A stretch of 62,654 nucleotides of DNA, the filler included, from Chrysochromulina tobinii (lineage: Eukaryota), in the NCBI GenBank assembly GCA_001275005.1. It is 9 parts of 9 records of this genome, joined end to end, with 100 filler letters (N's around TTAATTAATTAA, not from the genome) between each part and the next. Parts side by side here need not be neighbours in the genome. Positions count along the whole stretch, not along the records: positions 5,323 to 14,413 come from JWZX01001047.1; positions 14,514 to 25,983 come from JWZX01001049.1; 7 more parts are not named here. The stretch is one strand, 5' to 3'. Made by a program: the position numbers and the translations under genes. The notes beneath the pieces are model-generated. The model ran no database searches, was not told the DNA's origin, and was given only the letters and a program-made list of their open reading frames with translations. This document shows, piece by piece, positions 10,305-21,842 of the stretch; positions within the stretch are counted from its first letter, which is position 1; each line of letters opens with the position of its first letter.

Positions 10305-13300
10305 TCACGCCACCGTCGCCAAGTAGCGCTTGCCATCCGCGTCGGCATTTGCAGCCGCCTCATCGGCGAACGCGTTGGCCTTTCGCACCCCGTCGTTCAT
10401 CTCGCCGAGCAGCTTGGCGAGCGCCACGTCAATGCCCGGGTGCAGTTCCGAGCGCGTGCCGTCGAAGCTCACGTACGAGCGCCCGTCGTAGAAGACGTCA
10501 TCAGGAAGCGGCGCGTGGTCGCGCAGCTCATCCTTGACAGCCTGCGTGTGCTCCGCTGGCAAGGTGGCGAGCGTATAGAGAGGCTGGCGCGGAGGCAGTG
10601 GCCGGCATCCAAGCAGAATCTCTGCGAGCGCGGCCGAAGTCAGCCCGCGGCACAGCACAGTCAGCCCCGTCGGCTCGGCCTGCGCAGACGGCACCGGAGG
10701 GCGCACGGTGCCCGCCGACGCATCCAGATTGACCACGGCCGCACCGCTGGCATCGGCGCCGGCTCCAAGCACGCGCAGCGAGCCGTATAGGAGCAGAATC
10801 TGCGCCGGGTGCGGCGCGCCCGGCGCTGGCGCGTTTGCGGGCTTGGCACAGCGCGCGGTGAGGGCCGGAACGAGCAGGTTGAGCGCCACGGGCGGCGGCG
10901 GCGGCACGTGCAGCAAGAGCACACCGTCGAGCGCGGGGTTTGGCGTGGCGGCCGCCGCGCGAGTCGCAGCCCAGCCGCCTGAGACGGCGCGTGCCGCCAC
11001 CATCGCCGGCGCATAAAAGGGTGCGGGGACGCTCATGCTCGGGTGAGTGGCGGAAGAGCCTGCGCTGGCTGTGGAAGGAAGCACCATCGCCGCGACAGTG
11101 GCGCCCGCGGCCCGGGCGCCGCGCGGTGCACGAATGAGGGCGGCATGGGGCGCCGTGGCCGCAAAGAGCTTCGAGAGGCTCGCCTCTTTCGCGCTGTCGA
11201 GCTCAGACATGTGGCACGCGACAACTGCTTGCGTGTATCCGTCATCGAGCAGCTCGAGCACGCCTGGCGCACAGCGGACGTCGCCGTCGGCCGCCCACGA
11301 CTCGAAGACACGTGGCGCGTCCACGCACGCCACGGCGGCGCCAAGGCCGAGCTGGAGCCCGCCGGCGCCGGCGGCCGAGTGGACGGCAGCGCACGCCTGC
11401 ACGACGGCCCGCGCCGCGCTTGGCATCTCGGCGAGCCCGCGCGTGGTCACGAGCACGCGCTCGGGCAGCGAGCCGCCGCCAGCTTTACCGGCGGCGAGGC
11501 TCGCCTTCAGCGCCGTCGCGAGCGCGTGCGCATCGCAGCGGCCGTCGTCCGCAACCCATGCCGCCGGGTCGGGTGCGGGCAGCCACGCGGCGGAGGAGCT
11601 GCTCAGGTCGACAGCGCCCGCCCCGAGCTCGGTGAGCGTCGTGCCGGGCAGGCCCACCAGCAGCAGCACCGATACCTGCCGACCCTTGGTGCCCGTCACG
11701 ACGCCAGTCACGAAGGGGCACTCGTCGAGCGCCGCGTCGTCGACGCGGGCAGCGGCGGCGGAGGGCGTAGTCGGGGGTGGCAGCGCGGCGACGGCGCTGG
11801 TGACGGCCTTGGCGGCGCGCGTGGGCCACGTGGACGAGAGCGTGCTCGTCGGGAGCGCGAGCAGTGGGGCGCGCGGCACGGGCGCATCGATGTTCACCTC
11901 GACGCCTCGCTTGGCCCACTGCTCGCGCCAGGCGGGCACCACGGTGCGCCGAAGCAGCCTGCGCGCCACCCCGCGCGTCACCCCAAGGGTCACGTCGAAG
12001 AGGGCGCGTGGGTCGCTCGCCTGAGCAGGCTCGGCAGGGGGCGTGCTCAGGGCGACGTACAGCGAGGCGCGCGAGCCGAGCACGAGCGGCAGCTGCTCGG
12101 CCTGGTAAAAGAGGCGGACCGTCATCAAGCTGTCTTCGAAGAGCACATCGCTCTCGGCGACGGCGGCGGCGGCGTCGGCGGCGGCGTCGGCGGCGGCGTC
12201 GGCATACGAGAGCGCTCCCTCGTGCTCATAAAGCTCGACGCGTCGCGGCGACATGCCCACATCGAAGAGCAGTAGCATGGCTCCGAGTCGCGGGTGAGAG
12301 AGGACCGCGCCGCGCTCGTACGCGTACATGAGCACGGGCAACGGCTGGACGGCGCTGTGCGGTGACAGGAGCGCGATCCCGTCGATCGGGTCGGCGATCG
12401 GCTGGCCGAGCAACCCACCCACGAGCGGGTGCTCCGGCATCCTGGGCTGCAGCGAGCCGGCCGCCGAAGAGACCTGTAGGTGTCCGAAGGCGATCGTGGC
12501 GGCCGCCACGCACGCGCTTGTCAGGTCGGTCGAGGCCTCGGCCTCCGGCCCGTGAGCCCGCCACGCCTCGTACGTGGGCACGCCGGCGGTGAGGGCCACG
12601 ACTCCGCCGCCTTTAGCTGAGGCGACGGCCGTGTACGTCTGCCCGTACAGCAGGCCACCGAGTGGGGCGTCCGTGCCGCCCCCGCCGCTCGTGGGGCGCT
12701 CAACGCCTTGCAGCGACAGGACGACGCGCAGCTGCACGAGGAGCCGCCCCGCCGCCGCCATCGCCGCCGCCGCTGCGCCGCTGTAGCTCGAGCCGAGCGC
12801 GTCGACGCACGTCGCGCTCACTTGCAGCCGGGCGGCCAACGAGCTCGCGTCGAGAAAGGCCGCGGGCGCGGCGGCGGCACTCGTCGCGAGCTGGGCGCGC
12901 GCTGCGCGAACGACGAGGCCGGAGAGGATGCACTCAAAGAGCGGCCCGGACGCGTCCGACGTACCTGACGCCGCGGCCGCGAGAAGTTCGGCCGCGTCCT
13001 GCGCAGCAAGGGCGTGGTCGGTCGCGCCGACGAGTGCGCCGTACAACCCCTGCAGCAGGTCGGAGGAGGCGAGGAGGGCGTCCTCGAGGCCGCTCGTGTC
13101 GGCGGCGGCGGCGGCGGCGGCGATGGTCGCGCGCAAGCCGGCGGTCTTCCGTTTCGGAGGCGCGGCGCTCTCGTCAGCGTCGATGAGCTCCTCAGCGGCT
13201 TCGTCCGTGCCGTGCGGCGGCGCGCGCGCGCCCGTGCTCAGGAAGTACGAGCGACCCGCATAAAGCGGGCCGAGCGGCTCGGTGACCTCGCAGCACAGGT

Positions 13301-14243
13301 GGCGCGAGAGCAGTTCGGGCCCCCCCGCCTCGCCCGCGCGCGCCGCCGAGCAGCTCGTCTTCGGCCCGTCGCCGAGCAGCGCGGTACGCCCGCCAACGAG
13401 GAGCGACACGCGCCCAACGAGGGGCACGTCAGGCGCAGCGCAGACGGCGGGCGCGAGGGGTGCCTCGCCGACCACCGCGGACGCGCTCGGGATAGTGCGC
13501 TCGCGCAGCTTACCATGCGCGTGGTACGTGAGCGCAGGCTCGAATAGCTCAGCCTCCGACAGACGCACCGCGCGCCCGCCGTCGCAAGCGACGTCGACCG
13601 ACTGCAGGCAGTCGGCGAGGCAGCCGGCGAGGCGCGGGGCCTCGACATCCCGCAGCCAACCGAGCGCCGGGGCGTCCAGCTGCAGCTGCAGCGCGCGCAA
13701 CGCCTCCGCCACACTCGTCACCTCGTGCTGCTGTGTGAAGAAGCCGCCGCCCGTGAGTGCCTCAAAATCCTGCAGTGCAAACGCCTGCACGAGTGGCCAG
13801 AGCTCGATAGCGGCAGCGGGGCCCTTGCCGCTACCCTCAGCGGGTGGCAGCGCGACGCCCACGCGGCCGACGCCGCTTGCCATCGCGATGAACGACCTGA
13901 TCTTATGCTCCTCCACCTGCTCGACGTCGTCCTCGAGCGCCACGGGCGGCGACCAGACCTGCAGCCTGCGCCAGCGGGCGACACGAGGCTGCAGTGCCGC
14001 CCACAGCTTTGGCGGCGCGTAAAGACGTGCCGCGTCCGCGGTGATCAGCAGCACCGCCTCATCGAGTGCGTTGTCATGCTTAGAGCCCCAGATCTCGCGG
14101 CCGCTTAGGCCGGAGAAGAGCCAGTCGAGCGCCTCCCGCGAACCCGCGTGGTTGCGTCCGTCCACGCCGCCCACAAGCAGCAGCGAGTCGATATCCGGCG
14201 ACTCGGCGATGAGCGCCTGAATGGCGGCGAGGCGAGCGGTCAT
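10305..14243 (-). CDS. DNAAF9: DNAAF9 / Shulin / C20orf194 homolog (dynein axonemal assembly factor), 1312 aa
   Basis: N-terminal DSLLLVGGVDGR...LDEAVLLIT...EEHKIRSFIAM...WPLVQAFAL...GGGFFT and C-terminal LPDDVFYDGRSYVSFDG...HP match my recollection of C20orf194 conserved blocks; degenerate P-loop-like LLVGLPGT in the C-terminal half. Confidence 0.8.
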   Translation of the reverse strand: MTARLAAIQALIAESPDIDSLLLVGGVDGRNHAGSREALDWLFSGLSGREIWGSKHDNALDEAVLLITADAARLYAPPKLWAALQPRVARWRRLQVWSPPVALEDDVEQVEEHKIRSFIAMASGVGRVGVALPPAEGSGKGPAAAIELWPLVQAFALQDFEALTGGGFFTQQHEVTSVAEALRALQLQLDAPALGWLRDVEAPRLAGCLADCLQSVDVACDGGRAVRLSEAELFEPALTYHAHGKLRERTIPSASAVVGEAPLAPAVCAAPDVPLVGRVSLLVGGRTALLGDGPKTSCSAARAGEAGGPELLSRHLCCEVTEPLGPLYAGRSYFLSTGARAPPHGTDEAAEELIDADESAAPPKRKTAGLRATIAAAAAAADTSGLEDALLASSDLLQGLYGALVGATDHALAAQDAAELLAAAASGTSDASGPLFECILSGLVVRAARAQLATSAAAAPAAFLDASSLAARLQVSATCVDALGSSYSGAAAAAMAAAGRLLVQLRVVLSLQGVERPTSGGGGTDAPLGGLLYGQTYTAVASAKGGGVVALTAGVPTYEAWRAHGPEAEASTDLTSACVAAATIAFGHLQVSSAAGSLQPRMPEHPLVGGLLGQPIADPIDGIALLSPHSAVQPLPVLMYAYERGAVLSHPRLGAMLLLFDVGMSPRRVELYEHEGALSYADAAADAAADAAAAVAESDVLFEDSLMTVRLFYQAEQLPLVLGSRASLYVALSTPPAEPAQASDPRALFDVTLGVTRGVARRLLRRTVVPAWREQWAKRGVEVNIDAPVPRAPLLALPTSTLSSTWPTRAAKAVTSAVAALPPPTTPSAAAARVDDAALDECPFVTGVVTGTKGRQVSVLLLVGLPGTTLTELGAGAVDLSSSSAAWLPAPDPAAWVADDGRCDAHALATALKASLAAGKAGGGSLPERVLVTTRGLAEMPSAARAVVQACAAVHSAAGAGGLQLGLGAAVACVDAPRVFESWAADGDVRCAPGVLELLDDGYTQAVVACHMSELDSAKEASLSKLFAATAPHAALIRAPRGARAAGATVAAMVLPSTASAGSSATHPSMSVPAPFYAPAMVAARAVSGGWAATRAAAATPNPALDGVLLLHVPPPPPVALNLLVPALTARCAKPANAPAPGAPHPAQILLLYGSLRVLGAGADASGAAVVNLDASAGTVRPPVPSAQAEPTGLTVLCRGLTSAALAEILLGCRPLPPRQPLYTLATLPAEHTQAVKDELRDHAPLPDDVFYDGRSYVSFDGTRSELHPGIDVALAKLLGEMNDGVRKANAFADEAAANADADGKRYLATVA

Positions 14244-14586
14244 GTAGTGTCGCGGCTAATCGCGTTTTGCCGCCGCGGAAGCTTCGTCGAACGCGCAGAC
14301 GAAACCCCTTCCTACCCTCTAGAACTGGGATCTGGCGTATTAGCCTGATCAGTATCCATGTGTTACGCCGACCTCAGGCAACTGGGGTTTCTGGTCCCAG
14401 GTCTGCCAAGAAGNNNNNNNNNNNNNNNNNNNNNNNNNNNNNNNNNNNNNNNNNNNNTTAATTAATTAANNNNNNNNNNNNNNNNNNNNNNNNNNNNNNN
14501 NNNNNNNNNNNNNACTTGCCTGGGCGAACTTCATGTCTTTCATGGCGGGCCCTTCCACAGTACTTGACATCGCGGTCTAGTGTGCG

Positions 14587-16914
14587 ATGCACATGAAGGC
14601 CGGCTTCGCCTGCTTTTTGCGATTTGCAGCGACCGCATCCTTCACACGCATAGGCTTGCAACGGGCGCCGCAGCTCACTGTGGCTCTGTCACGTGAACTC
14701 GCCATGACTGTGACCGAAGCTGAGAGTAACGTTGCTGCGAGTGTCGAGATGGCACTCAAGGATGCGCTCGGTCCTGTCGGCCTTCACGCTCTGCCCCAAA
14801 AGGTCCCCGAGCTGAAAGCGTGGTGTGTGACCGAGCGCATTCGTCCCCTGGCTCTGCTGCAGCTGTTCCCGGAAGCGTTTGTGGTTGAGCCCACAACGAG
14901 CGATGTTTCTTTGCTCTGCGTTCGGCTCGCCCATGGTGGCTCGCCAGCTGTGGGCACAGCCGCCATGGTTGATGATGGCACGCCATCGATGGATGCATCA
15001 GGTGTCGCAGACATGCTCGGCGAGCGGCTCGGCACCACGCTTTCAAAGTACCACGCTCATCGGCCATCCTTGCCAACCGACCCTGTGCCCCTCTCGTGGC
15101 TCGTCCGCTCGATGCCTAGCCCCATCGAGGCGCTTGTGATCGCCGCGCCTGAGCGAGAATGGTTCTTCCATCTCGACCCGGCGCGCTTTGGGTATAAGGA
15201 TCGCGCGTGTGCATGGAGCGCCTGCCGGGACGCCCACCTTCGCCGATTCGTCGACTCCCGCCAGGAGCAGTTCACTTGGCACGAACGCGACGACGGGACG
15301 CCAGCGATCTCGATGACCCTCGCGGAGGTTTCGAGGCGACGTGGCTGCTCGGCGGCTGAGAGTGCGATCTCGATGGCTGAGATTGCGAGAGCTCGACACG
15401 GCGTTCTGACGGGGCTCTCCCGCGCGCAGCGCAAGGCTGCGACGGCCACTGCCGCAATGGCCTCTCCAGATCCACTGCCGAGCCCGGCTGTCGGGTCTCG
15501 ACTCTACCTCGTGCGCGGGTCCGCCCGAACCGTCTCGCTCCTCGACGAGGAGATGCGATCTGCCGCCGAGTACGCAGGCTTGGCGCCGGAGCTTCTGAGG
15601 CCGCTCACTCCGGGCCTGTGGCTCCAAGTACGCGGCACCGACGGAGGCGGCCCTGCTGCCATGAGGATGGCGACCCTGCTACCACATCTGGCGGCGGTGA
15701 GAGGCGGCGGCACGCTGCTCCTCGGCGCGTCAACGGCGGCGGCGATGGTGCAGCTGCTGCGCGGGGCCCGTGATTGCGACTCGCTGTGCCGGCGCGTGTT
15801 TCGTCAAGGGCCTTGGTTTTGTCCCCCCGAGAACGACAAGGACGAGCAGGACGGTCGAGCCGGAAGTGATCAGGACGGCCCCCGCCGAACCGGAGGTGCT
15901 CAGGACGGCGCCATTCGAGCCGGAGGTGCGCACGGATGGACTCTGCACGTTGAGCAGCATTACCCCCCTGCTGACCAGCGCGTCCTGCCGTTCCACTGCC
16001 TCGACGACGTTGGCGAGCTCTGTGTGGCTCTCTCTCGCGCGCTCGACCGGGGGGCTCTGGGAGTGGACGAGGAGACGGAATCTCCTTCGTTGGTGCCAGA
16101 TGGGGTAGCTCATCTGACGCTCCTAGTGACCAAGGGCACTGTGCTCCTGCTCCGGGAGGACGACCCCGCACCGCCGAAGGTACGGGTAGACGAGGGCGTG
16201 GCCGAAGGCGAGCTGCCGAGTTCTCGGGATCAGCTGCGACTGCCGCGGTGGATCAGCGCGTGGGACCGCCGCGCCTTCTTCTTCTCCGCCGCACTCGACC
16301 CGATCGTGGCCCAAGCGTCTCTCAATATCGCACTCCACACCCACCTCAAACTTCATCCCGACCAGACGCTTCCCAGCGACGTGCACAGCGCCGATCCTTC
16401 GGACACCCTGCGGGTCTTCGATCCGTGCCTCGGCTCTGGGACCATCCTCGCTGCGGCAGCCGCGCGAGGGATTCGACGCATCGTCGGCGCGGACATCAAC
16501 GCCGAGTTTGTCGCGCGTGCACGCTCGAATCTTTTGGACGCGCGGCTCCTCGGCTCGGGAGTGCGCTTGTTCGTCCATGATGCGGCCACTCCCTATCTCG
16601 CCGAGGACCTCGATCCGCTTTCACATTCACAGCTCGATCCGGGTTCCCTCTCTTCACATTCACAGCTCGATCCTGGTTCCCTCAGTCAAACCCTCGTAGT
16701 CTCTAATCCACCTTGGGGGAACAACATCGGAGAGGGGCTGGACGGCAAGGCGATTGTCACCTCGGTGACCTCTCAGTTCGCGGGGGCGACGATGTGCTGG
16801 ATCGCCAATCCCCTCGCCGTCGAGGCGCTGCGCTGTCTGCCCGGCGTCACTGTACTCCGCCACGTGCCCTTCGGCAGCGTCGAGCTGGTCGTGTGCACAG
16901 CATCTAGATTCTAG
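14587..16914 (+). CDS. SAM-dependent amino-methyltransferase (UPF0020/RlmL/Trm14-like C-terminal domain)
   Basis: SAALDPIVAQA, VFDPCLGSGTIL (motif I), GADIN, HDA and VVSNPPWG (motif IV); long unassigned N-terminal region with a possible organelle-targeting leader. Confidence 0.7.
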   Translation: MHMKAGFACFLRFAATASFTRIGLQRAPQLTVALSRELAMTVTEAESNVAASVEMALKDALGPVGLHALPQKVPELKAWCVTERIRPLALLQLFPEAFVVEPTTSDVSLLCVRLAHGGSPAVGTAAMVDDGTPSMDASGVADMLGERLGTTLSKYHAHRPSLPTDPVPLSWLVRSMPSPIEALVIAAPEREWFFHLDPARFGYKDRACAWSACRDAHLRRFVDSRQEQFTWHERDDGTPAISMTLAEVSRRRGCSAAESAISMAEIARARHGVLTGLSRAQRKAATATAAMASPDPLPSPAVGSRLYLVRGSARTVSLLDEEMRSAAEYAGLAPELLRPLTPGLWLQVRGTDGGGPAAMRMATLLPHLAAVRGGGTLLLGASTAAAMVQLLRGARDCDSLCRRVFRQGPWFCPPENDKDEQDGRAGSDQDGPRRTGGAQDGAIRAGGAHGWTLHVEQHYPPADQRVLPFHCLDDVGELCVALSRALDRGALGVDEETESPSLVPDGVAHLTLLVTKGTVLLLREDDPAPPKVRVDEGVAEGELPSSRDQLRLPRWISAWDRRAFFFSAALDPIVAQASLNIALHTHLKLHPDQTLPSDVHSADPSDTLRVFDPCLGSGTILAAAAARGIRRIVGADINAEFVARARSNLLDARLLGSGVRLFVHDAATPYLAEDLDPLSHSQLDPGSLSSHSQLDPGSLSQTLVVSNPPWGNNIGEGLDGKAIVTSVTSQFAGATMCWIANPLAVEALRCLPGVTVLRHVPFGSVELVVCTASRF

Positions 16915-17347
16915 GTCGGGGACGGCGGCGGTATTGCGACGCGTTGTGTCGTGTCGATCAGTGCCCGGGTGCGAACATCCGTAGCCGTGCGGTCCCCGCT
17001 GGCGCTGCCGCTCGAACCCGCTCCGTGCCGGCCGGTGTGCGCAGTGCGGACGCCGATTTCCGCTCGAAGCGAATGCGAAGTTCGAGTCAGACGCGCCTTG
17101 TCGGTTCGAAATAGACTAAACTGGGAACTTCAATGGATGCTTTGAAGAGTGCTAAGTACACCGGGCACAGGGGGACGAAACAGAACGACCGCGTCGCTCA
17201 CGCGGCGGTGCGCACTGGGAATGCACGTGGCCAATACGCGCGCGAAATCCGTGGTTGGACGAGGGCGCTCGAAGAAGACAAGCACATTGCGCGGCGGAAA
17301 CGAGCGCAGCGTCTAACGCGCCAAGCAACGTGGTGGGAGCTCGCTGC

Positions 17348-18121
17348 TCAGCCGGCACCCGGCGAGGCGTCTTCGTCCGCAACCGAGGGCGAGGCCGCGG
17401 TGGGGAACAACTCGACGCGGCGCAGCACGTTGGCGAGGCCGCCATCGTCGCGCATGACGCAGAGTTCATCGTCGAGGTAGGTGATGTAGAGCTGGCGAGA
17501 ATACGCTAGGGGGCCGGGGAGCAGCGAGCGCTGCCCGAGCAGCGATGCCTCTACAAACTCCTCGCGTAAGCACACGTCCGAGCGCGCTAGAAGATTCGCG
17601 CGCAGCTCGAGCGTCTGCTCCGCACCGAAGAGTGAGACGCTCGTGGCTGTGGTGACGCGCGGCTGCCCGGCTTGCATGGATGTGATCGTCACGCGCACCT
17701 TGCCAATCGACGCCGCGCCAAAGGGTAGCTTTGATAGCCCTTGCGCCAGCACGGCGGGCGAGAAACCGGTCGCGTAGAGGCTGAGTGCCAGTGGCCGAGT
17801 GGGCGAGTCGACGAGCCCGCCGCCAGGTGTCTGGCTGTATGCGACCTCCCACACGCCGTTCAGGAGGTTGCTCTTTGCGGGCATCGGCGTCGGATTGCAG
17901 GCCGAAAGCCCAAGGATGGTCTCAGCTAGCTCCTGCTGCTGAGTGGCAGCGAGTGGCAGCGAGGAGATGTCACCAGCGGCGATGATCGACAGCAAGCTAT
18001 CTTTCAGCGTCGCCGGATCGGCCGACATCGCGATGCGTGAGGCACGCGTCATTGTAGTCACTGAGAGTTGCGGCAAGGTCCACGCCAGGCATGAAGATAT
18101 TAGAATGGAGGCCGGAAGCAT
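17348..18121 (-). CDS. Plastid lipid-associated protein / fibrillin
   Basis: NPTPMPAKSNLLNGVWEVAYS and QLYITYLDDELCVMRDDGG; signal peptide plus transit-like leader (LISSCLAWTLP...RASRIAMSA). Confidence 0.85.
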   Translation of the reverse strand: MLPASILISSCLAWTLPQLSVTTMTRASRIAMSADPATLKDSLLSIIAAGDISSLPLAATQQQELAETILGLSACNPTPMPAKSNLLNGVWEVAYSQTPGGGLVDSPTRPLALSLYATGFSPAVLAQGLSKLPFGAASIGKVRVTITSMQAGQPRVTTATSVSLFGAEQTLELRANLLARSDVCLREEFVEASLLGQRSLLPGPLAYSRQLYITYLDDELCVMRDDGGLANVLRRVELFPTAASPSVADEDASPGAG

Positions 18122-18285
18122 CGCGGCTGGCGACCGCCGACCTTTCACAGCCTGGTTTTCGGACTCCCACTAGAAGTAGTCAAATGGTCCAATTTTAGGT
18201 CCTTCCAGCCCTTCACGAGGTCCTTCACGCCTCTCCCACGTCGCACTGCCTCCCCGCAACTCCCCCAAGCCCCTCCTCAATCCCG

Positions 18286-21200
18286 ATGGCAGGCAATCCG
18301 CAGCGCCCGGCCTTGGGCCGGGTCTTCGCGCCTGCAGACGACCTCACGTACGTCATCGCCATCAGCCCCGGAAAGCCTTTCCTCGTCATCGACCGGCAGA
18401 CGGGTACAGCTTCGATCGTTGACGCATCAAAGCTCGACACCCTCATCGGCCCGCCAACGTCGCGTGCGCGATCACTTCGCATGGACGCGGTGGTCGGCCT
18501 GGTCACGTTCCCCGACGACCGCTACCTCGTGGTCGTCGGCGAGAGCGCGACCAAGCCTGTCGCCAGCGAGCGTGGCATGTTGCAGGTGCCATACATCACC
18601 AAGGTTGTCTTCCTTGCGCTCAAGCCGCCGAGTGGGGGGGAGCCGGGCTCGCCCGGTGGAGCCGGCGGCGAGGACCCGTACTCGCCCGAGGCGAGCCTAA
18701 CCGCGCTCAGTGCCAAGCAGCGTGGCTACCTCAAGGACTTTCTGGAGGCGGGCGACGTGTTCCTCGCACACGAGGAGCGCGGCGCATTCACGCACACGCT
18801 GCAGCGGCGCGCGGCGCGGCGCGAGGCGCTGCAGAGCGCGCCGCCCTCGCTCGCGGACGCGGACGAACGCTTCGTGTGGAACGCGCGCGCGCTCGCGCCG
18901 CTCGCCAAGGCGGGCGCGGGCGAGTGGCTCACTCCGCTCATGCAGGGCAACGTGTGCACGGAGCAGGTGCTGCTGCCTGGAGACGGCGTGCTCACCGCGT
19001 CGCTCGTGGCGCGCCGCTCGTGCGAGCATGCGGGCACACGCCTCAAGACGCGCGGGATCAATGACAGTGGCGCCGCCGCCAACTGCGTCGAGCTCGAGCA
19101 GATCCTTCATATGAAGCTCCGGCGGCAGGCGGTGACCTCGCTCGTCCAGATTCGCGGCTCGGTGCCCGTCTTCTGGGAGCAGCGGACAAAGCTCGGTACG
19201 GTGAACCCGAAGCCGCGCGTGAGCCGCGTGACCGAGCTCACGACGCCCGCGCTGCGCGAGCACCTCGACGGGCTGCAGGCGCTCTACGGCAAGGTGATCG
19301 TGCTCTCGCTCCTCGATCAGCGCGGCGACGAAACCGAGCTCGCCACGGCGCTGGCCACGTGTCTCGAGGCTCTCGAGGAGCGAATCTCCGCGAGCGTGCG
19401 GTACGCCGCCTTCGACTTCCACCATGCGGCCAAGGCGACCAGCCGCGGCGACGCGTGCCGCACGCTGCTGCAGCGCCTCTCGACCGAGCATGCCGACGCG
19501 CACCCGGCCGCACACGGCTACTTTGCGATGCGGGTGAACGAGGCCGAGGCGGCGGCAGGGACCGAGAGCACGACGGCACCGGTGAGCACGCAGCGCGGCA
19601 TCGTGCGCACCAACTGCCTCGACTGCCTCAACCGCACCAACATGGCGCAGACAGTGCTCGGTTTGCAGTCGGCGACGGCACAGCTGCGCGCGCTCGGGAC
19701 TGCTTGTGAACTGCCCGCGGCGGCGAACACGCCCGCGCTCGAGACGAACTTGCATGCGGCGCTCCGCAAGCTGTGGACCGAGGCGGGAGATGTGATCTCG
19801 GTCCAGTACACGGGCACGAGCAATTTGAGCAAGGGCTCCGGCATCCTGGGCGAGGACGCGAGCGAGAAGAAAAAGTCCCTCTTCGAAAAGGCGCGCGGCG
19901 CCGTCGAGAAGGGTGTGAAGACAGCCCAGCGCTTCGTCAATGAGCAGTTCCTCGAGGACACGCGGCAGGCGGCGATCGACACGCTCCTCGGCGCGGGCTC
20001 GGAGCGCTTGCGCCGCGTCTCGTCCGCCGTCGGTGGCGCCGAGGCGGCCGGCGTCGAGCCAGTCACCTTACTGGTGGGTACCTGGAACAACAACGGCAAG
20101 GTCGGCTCGGCCGACGAGGTGCAGGCGTGGCTGCAGGCGTGCTCGACCAAGGTGTCGCGCGTGCCGCCCTCGGACGAGAGTGCACGGCTCTTGGCCGAGG
20201 AACCGCCCGGCGTGTGCATCCTCGGCTTTCAGGAGTTCGTCTCGTTGGATGCGAAGAATCTGATGCTCAAGGACCACGAAGAGCGTCGTCGCGAGTGCCG
20301 CGCGCGCGTACTCGCCGTCCTCCAGGACCTCCATGGCGAGCGCTACGTCGAGGTGGGCGCCGAGCAAATGTTTGGCGTCTTTCTACTCGTGTACGTGCGC
20401 CCGCGCCTCGCCGCGTTCGTGCGTGGCGTGCACGCCGAGGTGGTGAAGCTGGGTTTCGGCTCGGACTCGCTCGGGATCAAAGCGGGCAACAAGGGCGGCT
20501 TAGCGGTGCGCCTGGACCTCTTCGGTGCATCGGTCTGCTTCATCAACTCGCACCTACCCGCGGGCCAGTCGCACCCGGAAGAGCGCAACGAAACCTACCA
20601 CGAGATCCTCAAGGGTCTCAAGAGCGGATTCGCCGCGTGCCGCGGGGGCCCCCACCCGCCGCCCCTTGAGCACGATCTGTGTGTCTGGCTGGGCGATCTC
20701 AACTACCGGCTCGAAGGTCCCAACGAGGAGGTGCGACGCATCGTGGCCGATGCGGCCTCGATGCCGGCGCCACAGGCCGCCAAGGAGCTGCAGGCCATGC
20801 TCCAGTACGATCAGCTCACGATCGCGAAGGCGAGCGGCGCCGCGTTTGACGAATTCGTAGAGGCGCCCCTCGAGTTCGCGCCGACGTATAAGTATGACGC
20901 GGGCACCCAAGTCTACGATACGAGCGAGAAGGCGCGGGTGCCGTCGTGGACCGACCGAGTGCTCTGGCGCGAGGGCAGTCGCTCCGAGGTCAAGCAGGTG
21001 GCGTGCTTGGCGTACGACTCGGCCAACTCCGTGCTTGTCTCGGACCATAAGCCAGTCGCGGCGCTGCTGCTCTGGAACCCGGGCAAGGGCAAGGCCGCCT
21101 TGAGCTCGACGGCTGCCCCGAGCAACGTGTCCGCGCGCTCGGAGGAGGGTGTGGATCCCGGTATGGATCCCTTGCCTAATTTGGATCTCTTGGGGGGCGA

Positions 21201-21810
21201 CGACGACGGCGATGGCGGCGGCGGCAACGAGGACGGCCAGGTCGATTTACTCGACGGTCTGTTTGGCGGCGGCGACAGCCCCGGCCAAGGCACAGCGGCC
21301 GGCGGCTTCGGGAGCTCCTCCGACTTCGTGCCTGCCTTCCCGACCTCATCCTCCGACTTCGGCGGCAGCATCAGCAGCAGCACCGGCGCCGCGGCCCCCA
21401 CCGCCGGCACACCCAGATTCCCACAGGCGCCTTTGGGTTTCGGCGAGTCTTCGGCCTTTGGTGACTCATCCGCATTCGGGGCGCCCGCGCCGCGGCCACT
21501 GGCTCCGATGCCGGCCGCAGCGCCTGTCCCGGCGGGCGTATCTTCCATGACGGCGGGACTCTCCTCGATGACTTTCGGGGTGACGCCGAGCGCGCCTCTG
21601 TCGGCCAACGACTTTGGCGCCGTGATGGGCGCCGGCATGTCTCCAATGGGCGGCATGGGTATGGGGGGCGGAATGGGGGGCATGGGGGGCATGCCGCCGA
21701 TGGGCGCTATGGGCGGCGGCATGGGCGGCGGCATGGGAATGGGTGCCGGCATGGGCCGCATGGGCGGCGGCATGGGAATGGGTGCCGGCATGGTGGGTGG
21801 CATGCCTCCG

Positions 21811-21842
<32 letters not shown>

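Noticed and set aside
1..14243. Ciliary gene cluster (dynein plus DNAAF9)
   Set aside because: The two are on different contigs, and the dynein is a pseudogene fragment.
17040..17135. tRNA-like TTCGA motifs
   Set aside because: No cloverleaf could be built; I found no tRNA or rRNA gene I can support in this window.
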